From positions 81,964,001 through 82,028,000 of the forward strand of contig OX597826.1 in assembly GCA_951406725.2 (NCBI GenBank): a stretch of DNA of 64,000 nt, in the 5' to 3' direction. Below the pieces are notes generated by a model. It did no database searches and was not told where the DNA came from. It saw only the letters and a program-made list of their open reading frames with translations. Shown one piece after another: positions 26,327 through 37,850 of the stretch. Position numbers and translations under genes: made by a program. The stretch's first letter is position 1. Every line of letters begins with the position of its first letter. The stretch is from Octopus vulgaris. Taxonomy: Eukaryota.

Positions 26327-27587
26327 TGTATGTATGTATGCATAAAACAGAGTTATTAGTAAGGGATTACGTGTTCGGGCAAAATACTTAATAAGCTCTC
26401 TGTTTGTCCACAAGGCTAACCAGAAACTACTGAAGAAACTAGCATCAACTTTTCACTCGATTCAATTTTTCTGAGCTGGTCAATGGACCGTGTGAATAAA
26501 CTTATCAATCACGGACCTATAATGACTACGCGAAACAGCTGTAAGGTAAAAATTTACGGCAATAAACAAAAATATGTAATGACAATTACTTATACTTCAC
26601 CTTGTTTGTGTGTGTATATATAATGTTGTTTGTATATACGTCAGGACCTAGACATGTTTTTATGTGGATATTTGTATTGTTGGCATGCATATGTATTCGT
26701 ATGTATGCGCCTATGTATATGTGTAAGTAAACGTCTATGTTTATACTTTATGCACATACATACATGGATGTATATGTATGCATGAATTCACTTGAATTTG
26801 TGTGGATGTGTATTTACGTACTTATCTCTATACATTTATATATGTGTTCTTATATGTGTATTTACTGCTAATGTACACTTTTATATACACATGTATACGT
26901 AACTTTATTTTGTGAACGTTCGTTACGCATAATCAGACTTCTCTTTTTTCTTTTCTCTCGTTAAAGAAAGTTTCTTTCCCTATTCGTTAATTGTATAGGG
27001 TCCTGTAACTTTACGCCCCTCTCCCATTTTCTTACTCACTTCTTTAGCTATCTGTTGCTTATAAGATCCTTACCTTTTCTTTTTCTTTCCCCCTCTCTGC
27101 GTTTTACTTCTAGTCTACAATAATATACACCAAGTGATTTTTGCATGTGGGCAAGATTGCGTATACATATGTATATGTGTATTTTTGTGCATATTTCATT
27201 TTGCATTTATATGTCTGCATATGTATGTGGTCTGTGTACATCTATCTGTGTATTTTGATATATATATGTATATTGATGGTTTAGTGTGAGTATATACTGT
27301 TGTGAAATATTTTAATATATTTTAATTTTTATGTATTAATTGTATTAATCGAATTACATTTCTATATAATTAATGACAATATGTATTTTGAATCCGCTCT
27401 TCGATTTAAAGTTTTTTCTCGATTTTTATAATTCATAATTTATATTGAATGCATTTATTTTGTTTATTTTGTTTATCGCTTGCCTAAGACTGTTATTTGA
27501 AAGGACCAATGAAACAAATCCATTTTTAAAGGTGCATCCTTTAACTAGTTTTGATCAAATTGTTATTTCTGTTCTATTTTAACAAAA

Positions 27588-27727
27588 CTATCCGACGAAC
27601 AGGAACGTGAGACTCTGAGTAACAGCTTTTGTTATATTTCTGCTGCTTTTAAATAAAGCTTATTACTCTACCTCTGGTATTTCTGTACTCTTTTTTCCAC
27701 CTTGTTTCACATTTATGTGCTTACTCC

Positions 27728-27729
<2 letters not shown>
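27588..27729 (+). mobile_element. Penelope-like pLTR 3' end (family P2) with a decayed HHR
   Basis: ctat-CCGACGA-acaggaacgt-GAGA-ctctgag-TA-acag; ends ttactccgg before (TA)n; matches 20652-20843. Confidence 0.65.
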
Positions 27730-27778
<49 letters not shown>

Positions 27779-28384
27779 CACATATGTACAAGTATTCGTA
27801 CTATCCTTAATGCACTTAATTTAAAAGACTACGTCAATTCTGTTGCAGATGAAGAGAATTTTGTTTACTTAACATTGAGATGTTGAAGGACATTGATGTG
27901 ACGTTCAGTATTCCCTGTACTCGTAGGCAAAAGAGATTCGTCAAATTATTATCTTTAGAGGTGATATACTCCTTTTGTGTACGCGTGTGTGACTTTGTGT
28001 CTGGTCCTGTCAGTCGTTGAAGATGTGGATCAAACCCAAACACTGAGATGCACACAAATACATACATACATACATACATACATACATACATACATACATA
28101 CATACATACATACATACATACATACATACATACATACATACATACATACATACATACACACATACATACATACATACATACACACATACATACATACATA
28201 CATACATACATACATACATACACACATACACACACGTACATACACAAACACACACACACACACTCGCACATGCACAGTTTAGTTTCTGCCTAGCAAATCC
28301 ACTATTCGTTAACGAGGCATGATATGGCCCAGTGTTACAGACGCTCATGGGGCTAAAACTGATACCACATCGTTGCAAGATCAG

Positions 28385-28423
<39 letters not shown>

Positions 28424-28424
<1 letters not shown>

Positions 28425-28816
28425 TAGCAGTATCGCCCGGCGTTGCTCGGGTTTGTTTCGACCCTTTAGAATTGGAATTTTTGAAAAGTAAAAATTTTGC
28501 ATTAAGTAGCTTGTTATTCTCTTTAAGTGAACATTTTTCTGGTTGAAATACACGGAAAAATACCGACACAGCAGTCAAAAATCGTAAAAAATAGGGATTT
28601 TCATAGAAAAAAAAAGCACCTTTTTGATGTAAATAATTTTTGGTGTTAACATGGTCCAATTTGAATTTTTTCTTCTACGGAAGGAAGAGCAAGCCTTCTT
28701 CTATCATACTCTCAATTTTGGTCAACTTGCGCCGCAAGGTCTTGGAGGAGATAGTGTTAGTTGAAGGCTACCAAACCTGCCATACACAGACAACTTCAGC
28801 TTTATATATATTGAGA
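28424..28816 (-). mobile_element. Non-autonomous Helitron, apparently complete (393 bp)
   Basis: Minus strand starts A|TCTCAATATATATAAAG and ends with hairpin CCCGAGCAACGCCGGG, then CGATACTG, then CTAG|T; AT target, no TSD. Confidence 0.88.
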
Positions 28817-28851
28817 TATGTATACATACATATTTATGTGTATATATTTAA

Positions 28852-28891
<40 letters not shown>

Positions 28892-29764
28892 AAATGTGTG
28901 TGTGTGTGCGCGTATGTGTTTTTATGTATTCATGTGTGTGTTTAATGAAAGCAAAATTATAAATTTGTAAAGATTAATATGATAGGGAAGAAAGAGAAAG
29001 AGAGAGAGAGAGAGTGTGTGTGTGAGAGAGAGAGAGAGAGAAAAATAGGAAGAGAGTGCGCGTGTGTATGTGTGTGTGTGTGTGAGAGAGAGAGTGGGGG
29101 GACAGAGAGAGAGAGAGAGTAGGCAAGTACAAGAGACCAATATATAGATGGGAGCAAAACACGACTCTTCCACTCGTCATTGTTGTATAAGAAATTACAC
29201 AGGAAGCTCGGAATACCAATTCCAAGCTACACTAAATAGATGTGATTATATCCGGCATCTATTTAATAAACGAAGCAGAAGTGAAACTGGTGAAAACTGC
29301 CTGGGCTGAGTGCAGGAAGAATTCTTCCATTTCATCCCATCTATTCAAAAAGAAGAGAGAAAAAAAAAATGGTGAATGAGGAGCAGAAATCATATAATTT
29401 CGAATATTGCCCCATGTTTTTGTTTTACTGTTTTATTTTTCTTTTTAAACTGGTTTATTTATTATGAATAATTCCTAACTTCCTGTTTCAATATAGTAAA
29501 TCTGTGCGAGAGCTAAACCGGATGTAAGATGAGGTTTATACGGCGGTAGGATTGATTCCTCATTTCTGACATCGCTAAAGTTTCCAATACTATTTTCCTG
29601 ATTTTGAAAAAAATTATGGCTGAATGAAGGCGAAGACGAATGAAGGAAGGAATGAATACGTGAAAGAAACGAGCCTCGGGAAATCTCTCTTCTATAAAAA
29701 ATAAAATGTTAACACACGCACACACACACACACACTCAAATACACATATGTACAAACGACTGAA

Positions 29765-29820
<56 letters not shown>

Positions 29821-29827
29821 TAATATA

Positions 29828-30105
29828 TCACCGTGATCACCGTAACCGACCAGGCTATCAGATGTTGTTACACATCGCTGGTCACAATGTGCTTCGTTGG
29901 CTAAGCGAGCAGGCCAACAGAAGAAAGAGTGAGAGAAAGTTGCGGCGAAAGAGTACAGCAGGGATCGCCACCACCTTCTGCCGGGGCCTCGTGGAGCTTT
30001 TATGTGTTTTCGCTCAATAAACACTCACAACGCCCGGTCTGGGAATCGAAACCGCGATCGTACGACCGCGAGTTCGCTGCCCTAGCCACTGGGCCATTGC
30101 GCCTC
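29828..30105 (-). mobile_element. tRNA-derived SINE, distinct family
   Basis: Minus strand gaggcgcaaTGGCCCAGTGGctagggc..cgGTTTCGATTCCcag (A and B boxes) followed by a non-tRNA body. Confidence 0.8.
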
Positions 30106-30163
30106 ATATATAATATATACCTACATAATATATATGCCATATATATATGTATGTATATATATT

Positions 30164-30243
<80 letters not shown>

Positions 30244-30280
30244 CTATTAATCAATCAGTCAATCTATCTAAAAATGATTA

Positions 30281-30496
30281 CGAGGGGTGGGGCTGAAATG
30301 TTCCTCGTTTTGGGTAAAAGTAAATAGAGGAGGATCAGTTGATTATGGTTTTTTTCAACATATTCCCCTCTCAGATGCACGCACTTATTGCAGGGGTCGT
30401 TCAGTTTTTCTAAGACCCAGAAAGATCTTGGTAAGTTGGGCCTGCGACCAGGTCTTCCGCGACACCCTTAAGCCAGTAATTGTTCAGCACCCCTCG
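30281..30496 (-). mobile_element. Internally deleted mariner (MITE-like), 216 bp
   Basis: TA|CGAGGGGTG..CTGAA and TTCAGCACCCCTCG|TA TIRs with TA TSD; minus strand encodes EKLNDPCNKCVHLRGEYVEK, like a mariner C-terminus. Confidence 0.88.
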
Positions 30497-30606
30497 TATC
30501 TGTGTATGAATAAATACATACATACAAACATACAAACATACATACATACATACATACATACATACATACATACATACATACATACATACATACATACATG
30601 CATGCA

Positions 30607-30647
<41 letters not shown>

Positions 30648-30649
<2 letters not shown>

Positions 30650-30775
30650 TTGAAATTGACAGAAAAACAAAAGACGAAGACAGGTGTACAAACAACAAGT
30701 GGGCGTATTAGTTTGACGCTCGGGAAGGTGAGAAAGTCTTTCACGTTTCGAGCCTACGCTCTTCAACAGAAAAAA
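30648..30775 (-). mobile_element. Penelope-like pLTR fragment (family P1)
   Basis: aaacaaaagacgaagacaggt..tttcgagcctacgctcttcaacagaaa, next to (TA)n. Confidence 0.65.
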
Positions 30776-30927
30776 AAACTTGTGGAGTTAGAGGTCATAC
30801 ACACACACACACATATGTATATATACACCCATCACACATATTTATAAATACATACATCTCTATATATATATATATATATATATATTATATTATATTATAT
30901 ATTTTTATATATGATGGAGACTTCTCG

Positions 30928-30972
<45 letters not shown>

Positions 30973-30976
<4 letters not shown>

Positions 30977-31551
30977 TGGAGACCTTCAGATGATGAACAT
31001 TAATTGATTTATCCAAGTTACACATTAAGAACTGAAATGTAAGACCTGTTCTACCCTGATGACGGAGGCTCGACCTGCCCAATTTTGATTGCTTCTGTTA
31101 TGGCCGCATATTGCGATGAATTACGTCTACCAACGTTATGATGGTTCTCCGCGATCCACAAAACAGCTGCTGGACGCATAACATCTGTCTTCTTCCCCTT
31201 TAATTTTTATCTGCCGTTTGTGCTTTGTGGAAGTTGGATTCATTGATATCAATATCTAATTATTTATAATGAAATATTTATCGTCTGAAAGTCTCCATTT
31301 TTACTTTCTCTCGTTTTGCATGTATACGTAGATACATATTTTGTAATTCATACACAAACTGTTCTATTTAATTTATCGAATTTGTTTATCCGCATTATTG
31401 CCTTCATATCTGCTCAACTTGATCCCTCTTGTAGCCATTCTTTACCCCGGGGAAGTAATTCCCTGTAAAGTCATTGGTGTCTAAGTTCGAATCATTTGAG
31501 CACTCCAAAGCGTTTTCTATACTGAGATTCTCTGGATCTATCTATTTAATA

Positions 31552-31555
<4 letters not shown>
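30973..31555 (+). mobile_element. Probable Penelope-like pLTR remnant with an inverted 5' piece
   Basis: About 30975-31000 is inverted relative to about 31272-31297; has CTGATGA..AAAACAGCTG; (TA)n on both sides. Confidence 0.4.
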
Positions 31556-31612
<57 letters not shown>

Positions 31613-31731
31613 ATATATATATATCGTAAAGGTTATTTGCCAACATAACGTGGCAGTTTTGGTTTAGGACGAATGCTGCTATAATTTAGCCAAAGGAGAT
31701 ATCGCCTCTAGCTGGCTATACGACACGATCT

Positions 31732-31965
31732 TTTATTGGTGAGACTTCTAGGGGCATCAATGATAGGTTCAAAGAACACTTTGACAACTACATGAAAAAA
31801 AAAACCAAACTCCATCTTCTATCAGCATGCTGTAGACTGCCACAAGGGCTCCTTGGGGAGACTTAAGTTAAAGATCTTATCCACACATCTCACTGATGCA
31901 ATGCTGAGACAAGTCACTGAAGCTGTCTGTATACAAGAATACAAAACCACTCCCAACCGAAAGTC
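31732..31965 (+). pseudogene. Second Penelope-like GIY-YIG endonuclease fragment
   Basis: FIGETSRGINDRFKEHFDNYMKKK/NSIFYQHAVDCH..LKILST..AMLRQVTEAVCIQEYKTTPNRK, with a frameshift in the A-run. Confidence 0.8.
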
Positions 31966-32144
31966 TTCCACCGCCTCCGGTAACACATTTTCCCTTACCC
32001 TCTCTCTCTCCCCCTTCCCTCCTCTCTTTCTCTCTCTAGAAAAAATACCACTTTTAGTTTGATATGAAAAAGATGTGCTACGACAACGACTCCCTCACAC
32101 TTTCAGATGCAAGGAATGCAAAGAAGGTCAGGGTAAGCACACGG

Positions 32145-32183
<39 letters not shown>

Positions 32184-32421
32184 CGTGTGAGCGTGTATGT
32201 TTTTATGAATACATGAATTTATCCGAATTCTAGACATCATTTGTCATTTGCAGGTTAAAGCAATTTCTAATGCAATTTAGCGAACAAATTTCTACTAAAA
32301 CATAATGAAGTGTAAATAAAATAATATCACATATACACAGATACACAGATTGATGCGTGTGTATGTATATAGGTATTTGTGTATATATATATATATATAT
32401 ATATATAAATATAAGTATATA

Positions 32422-32472
<51 letters not shown>

Positions 32473-32524
32473 CTTGGTGTTAAAATAAGGGTATTATTAA
32501 ATTAATATCTAATTTTTCACCCTC

Positions 32525-32559
<35 letters not shown>

Positions 32560-32561
<2 letters not shown>

Positions 32562-32680
32562 ATGTTACATTACTCGGTAGTCAAGATAAAACTCTGAGTT
32601 TCAGATATTGTATAGATAAATTTCCTCTATTTACATAATATTGAGGTCTCTTTCTTTCTTTTGTTATCTTACCGTTTTAT

Positions 32681-32683
<3 letters not shown>
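32560..32683. mobile_element. Rearranged fragment of Penelope-like family P4
   Basis: About 32560-32605 matches about 36725-36770 directly; about 32602-32683 matches about 36645-36720 inverted; sits between (TA)n tracts. Confidence 0.65.
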
Positions 32684-32743
<60 letters not shown>

Positions 32744-32867
32744 TGCAATTATCTATCTATCAATCTATCTATCGCTATATATAGTTATATAGATATAGAT
32801 AGACTGATATATATAACTGTTAAAGACGACGACAAAAGTTAAAGCAAGGTAAACATCTCAGGTCATA

Positions 32868-32898
<31 letters not shown>

Positions 32899-33161
32899 GG
32901 AAAAAAATTCAATCCTTGAATTTTTTTTCCCAATAATAATAATGTATGTAACTTGAGATGTTTGCCTTGGCTCAACGTTTGTTGTCCTCTTTAATAATTA
33001 CATATCGGCTACATCGGAAATCTGCAGTGGCTCCATAATTACCGTTTCGGCTATGACCGTGGAACCCTAGTAATCCGTTACCGCACTTACCTAGCATACC
33101 TAGTCGTTTAGGTCACCTGTGAAGTAAAACCCCGTACTTTATATATATATATATATATATA

Positions 33162-33269
<108 letters not shown>

Positions 33270-33359
33270 GAGAGAGAGAGATTATCTTTTCATCTTCCAT
33301 TTCATTCAGGAGAATATTTCTGCTATGAATCAATTTTCAGAAATCCACACCGTGTATGT

Positions 33360-33400
<41 letters not shown>

Positions 33401-33768
33401 AGGGGAGTTCTTGTGCGTGTGCATTTGTGTATACACACATACACACACATATATACGTACATACATGCATACATGAATACATACATATCTGTATGTTTGT
33501 GTGTTTGTAAGCTTTAGTTAATATATGTGTACTGGAGATCGCACGTGTGCGTGTGACCGTGTGCTAATAGGTGTATACACACAGCTGCATATACACGCAC
33601 GCAAACCGTGCGCGCGCGCACACACACACTCTATCTGTATACAGTCGGATATATATAAAATCATGCAGGTTATGTCGACATGGAAATATTGTTAGTGCTT
33701 CGATGAAAGGGGTTTTGTCAACAATTTCCCTTAGAATATGTGAATATTATACAATGCTGTTGACAAAA

Positions 33769-33801
<33 letters not shown>

Positions 33802-34521
33802 CTCTGTCTGTTAGTCTGTCTGTCTGTCTGTCTCTCTCTCTCCCCCTGCCAGTCTGTCTGTTTGTCTGTCAGTGTATATAGATGTGTTATGTCTACGCAG
33901 TGTATGTATGGACACGAATAGATAATTACAGTTGATATTCTTAATATATTTTTTTCCAATTTTATGAGAGAAGAACGAGTCTATAAACTGCTAAACGCAC
34001 CCATTTTTACACGGCTTCGATTTCTATTTTTAATTGCATCATTCTCCAGTTTAAGTACCCGAACTAACCCTTTTAATAACTTGCTATCTTTGTTTACATC
34101 CACTCGTGAATGTATTTAGAAAATTAATTTCTAATAGAATTTATACTTACTGCACATTAAAACACAATCCAGTCTAAACATTCAATTTTAAAACACAGAC
34201 TCACATCCACCTCCACAGCTATTTCACATCGATCTCGCTCCCCTTTTTTTTTTCTTCTTGATCACATTTCTTTCTAGCTCTCTGCTCCCTCTCTCTCTCT
34301 TTGTTTGCTTGTTTCTTTCTTTTTTCATTCTTTCGTCTCTCTCTGTCTCCCTCTCCTGCTATCTGTCTGTCTCTGTCTCTGTTTCACTGTCTGTCTCTCT
34401 CCCTCCCCCCTCTCTCTCTCATTTATATCTGAATGTGTTAAGAGAGAGAGAAGCACGTACGCAAAAGGAGACTGAGGGAAGATGAACTTCTATGCATTTC
34501 TGTGTAGTTTTATGTATGTAC

Positions 34522-34826
34522 GAGGCGTGGCATCTTGGGTAAGTGTCTTCTACTATAGCCTCGGGCTGACGAAAGCCTTGTGAGAGGATTTGGTAGACGG
34601 AAACTGAAAGAAGCTCGTCGTGAATATATATTTGTGTCTGTGTTTCTCCCCCTCAGTCGATGTTGGTGTGTTTATGTCCCCGAAACCTAGCGGTTCGGCA
34701 AAAGAGACCGATAGAATAAGTACTAGGCTTACAAAGAATAAGTCCTGGGGGTCGATATTTTCAACTAAAGGCAGTGCTCCAGCATGGCCGAAGTCAAATG
34801 ACTGAAACATATAAAAGAGTAAAAGT
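34522..34826 (+). mobile_element. SINE family A, 5'-truncated
   Basis: gtgtcttctactatagcctcggg..gaataagtcctgggg..ctccagcatggcc..taaaagagtaaaag. Confidence 0.88.
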
Positions 34827-35479
34827 GTATGTATGTATGTATGTATGTATGTATGTATGTAGGTAGGTAGGTAGTTAGGCAAGTAGATAGGTATATGTGC
34901 ATACACGCACACACACACACACACACACAGAGTAATAGACTGATACGCACGCACAATGATATGCTCGTAGGCGTATATGCAGCGTATACACACACACATA
35001 TATATATATGCTTATACGCTGCATATACTCCAACGAGTATTCGTGTGTGTGTGTGTGTGTGTGTATGATTATGTGTGCGAATTAGTGTATTGTGTCATTA
35101 AGCAATATTGATAACGAAACGTAATGTTAAGACCAAAAACCGAGTTGAAGGAATCGAGTTTGAGTTTTTTACTTCTTTTCTCTTCTGACAACTGAGTAGG
35201 GAATTTGGAAATCCTATTCCACCGTCGCCGGCAATTGCTGGATGCACTTCAGTCTCCAGATTTCCAACTCTGGTGGAAAATCTTCCCAACACACTTAAAC
35301 ATCTCTGCATTGGTTCCCATAAAACGCAAATCGCCCCTGGTAGGTTTTCTCCCTCTCATAACCTTAATTTTCCTCTCAATCTCGTAACATTCTGGGGCGA
35401 ACCTCCTGGGGGCATGCTGAAGTTCAGTTACTAATGAGATGATTAGTATCATGTTGTTTTCACTAATTATTCTGTAGTA

Positions 35480-35860
35480 CTCTTTTACTATTTTACTTGT
35501 TTCACTCACTTGACTGTGGTCATCCCGGAGCACCGCCTTTAGTCGAGCAAATCCACCCCAGGACTTATTCTTTGTAAGCTTAGTATTTATTCTATCGTTC
35601 TCTTTTGCCGAACCGCTAGGTTACGGGGAGGCAAACACTCCAGCATCAGTTATCAAGCGATGTTGGGGGGGGGGATGGGAAAACACAGACACACAAACAC
35701 ACACACGCACACATACATATATGCATACATACGACGGGATTCTTTTAGTTTCCGTCTACCAAATCCACTCATAAGGCTTTGCCCAAGGTTCCACGCAGTG
35801 GGACTGAACCCGGAACAATGTGGTTCGTAAGGAAGCTACTTACCACACAGCTACTCCTAC
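35480..35860 (-). mobile_element. SINE family A, near full length
   Basis: Collinear with 47395-47775. Confidence 0.88.
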
Positions 35861-36172
35861 AACCCTGCGAGACAGCATTTTATTTCGGTGTAAATAGGAA
35901 TTTTGCTCTGCCATCTTTGGTTCCATACCGAACCGTCGCGACCCTTCTGTTAAGTAGAAATTTACCATTCCAGCCCGTGCCATTGATCGCCGCTGCTAAC
36001 AAACACTCTCGCACATCGAACGAGTCGCTATTGCACGCGCACGCACAACTAAGAATGTAAATGTATGCACTGAACGATTAGGATTACATAATCCTAAACA
36101 CCAGCAAATACTTTTGTTTTTTTTACAATTATTTCTAAGACATTACTTAATACAATTAATGTTTCAGATAAG

Positions 36173-36235
36173 TATTAAAATTTACATTTAATGTTTTACA
36201 CGTCTAGAATCTCTGTGCAAACAACCAGTGTGCGC

Positions 36236-36285
<50 letters not shown>

Positions 36286-36568
36286 ATGCGTGTGTATGTG
36301 CTTGTGTATATATATTCATACATGCATGTGATGCGTGTCTACACACCGACACTCGCACACATGTATATATATACACACACACATGTATATATATATATAC
36401 ACACACACATGACTTGGAAATAACTATTCTTTGTTCAGTATTAAATGAATAATGAGTACTTGTGGATGAGCGTAAGATAAAGCACAATAAAACGTTAAAA
36501 TTAAATACTAAATACATTTTAATTGTGCTTTATCTTAGGCACATTGTAATTCGTATGCTAAAAGCTAT

Positions 36569-36647
<79 letters not shown>

Positions 36648-36944
36648 ATAAAATGGTAAGACAACAAAAGAATGAAAGAGACCCCGATATTATGTAAATA
36701 GAGGGATTTATCTGTAAATATAATATGTGACAATTATTCGGTAGCCCTGATAAAACTCCGAGTTTCGGATGCTGAGGTGGAAATCCACGCCGCCTTCTCT
36801 TCAGTTATTCGACCATCGGAAAAATGCTATGATTTTTCATAGTATTTTTCCGATGGCTGGATAACTAAAGAGATGGCGGCGTGGATTTCCACATCAGCAT
36901 CCGAAACTCTGAGTTTTATCATGGCTACCGAATGATACATTTAC

Positions 36945-36989
<45 letters not shown>

Positions 36990-37333
36990 ATAACTTTTAG
37001 CATACGAATTACAATTGTTAAATCAAGTACGTTAAAATTAAATACTAAATGCTTTTTATTGTGCTTTATCTGACGCTCATCGACAAGTACGCATTTAATA
37101 CTGAACAAAGAATACTTATTTCAAAGTCATGTGTGTGTGTATATATATACATGTGTGCGAGTGTCGGTGTGTAGACACGCACCACATGCATGTATAAATA
37201 TATATACACAGGCACATACAAATACACGCACACACACACACACACACATACATGCACACACACACTCGCGCCCACGCGTACACTGTTTGCACAGAGATTC
37301 TTGACGTGTAAACATTAAATGTAAATTTTGATA
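36173..37333. repeat. Long imperfect inverted repeat (arms about 36173-36574 and 36986-37333)
   Basis: e.g. gtctacacaccgacactcgcacacatg vs catgtgtgcgagtgtcggtgtgtagac; gaatctctgtgcaaaca vs tgtttgcacagagattc. Confidence 0.9.
36645..36945. mobile_element. Fold-back Penelope-like pLTR (family P4) with two opposed HHR motifs
   Basis: Arms about 36737-36832 and 36838-36933; minus HHR 36749-36808 ataa-CTGAAGA..GAAA-ctcggag-TT-ttat; plus HHR 36860-36920 with CTAAAGA. Confidence 0.72.
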
Positions 37334-37334
37334 T

Positions 37335-37500
37335 AGGCGCAGGAGTGGCTGCGTGGTAAGAAGCTTACTTACGAACAACATGGTTCCGGTTTCAGTCCCA
37401 CTGCGTGGCATATGGGGCAAGTGTCTTCTATTATAGCCTCGGGCCGACCAAAGCCTTGTGAGTGGATATAGTAGACGGAAGCTGAAAGAAGCCCGTCGTA
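37335..37500 (+). mobile_element. SINE family A, 5' half
   Basis: aggcgcaggagTGGCTGCGTGGtaag..GTTTCAGTCCC (A and B boxes). Confidence 0.88.
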
Positions 37501-37586
37501 TATATATATATATATATATATAGATAGATAGATAGAGAGAAAGAGAGAGAAATACATATATATATATATATATGTATATATGTTAT

Positions 37587-37689
37587 ATCCAGCAACAGGA
37601 CCTCCGTAATGCTATGATGGACCGTGAAGTCTGGCGTAGCATAGTAAATTCCATTGTCTCGAACACGGTCGAACAATGATGATGATGAT
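37587..37689 (+). mobile_element. RTE-clade LINE 3' end
   Basis: IQQQDLRNAMMDREVWRSIVNSIVSNTVEQ* (DRxxWR motif) followed by a (TGA)n tail. Confidence 0.72.
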
Positions 37690-37810
37690 ATATGTATATA
37701 TATATATAAACCAGCTTAGAGAAGAAGAAGAAACGAACCGAAACCAAACGAATTGAATCATATACATATATACATACATATATATATATACATACATATA
37801 TATATGTATG

Positions 37811-37850
<40 letters not shown>

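Noticed and set aside
26425-26550. HHR from CTGAAGA (~26430) to GAAACAGCTGTA (~26532)
   Set aside because: Helices I and II do not pair convincingly; at best a decayed relic
29990-30105. tRNA gene
   Set aside because: A and B boxes are present but run into a SINE body without a clean cloverleaf or terminator; the same holds for the other SINE heads
31055-31175. HHR CTGATGA..AAAACAGCTGCT
   Set aside because: GAAA and the UH site are mutated and helix II is ambiguous
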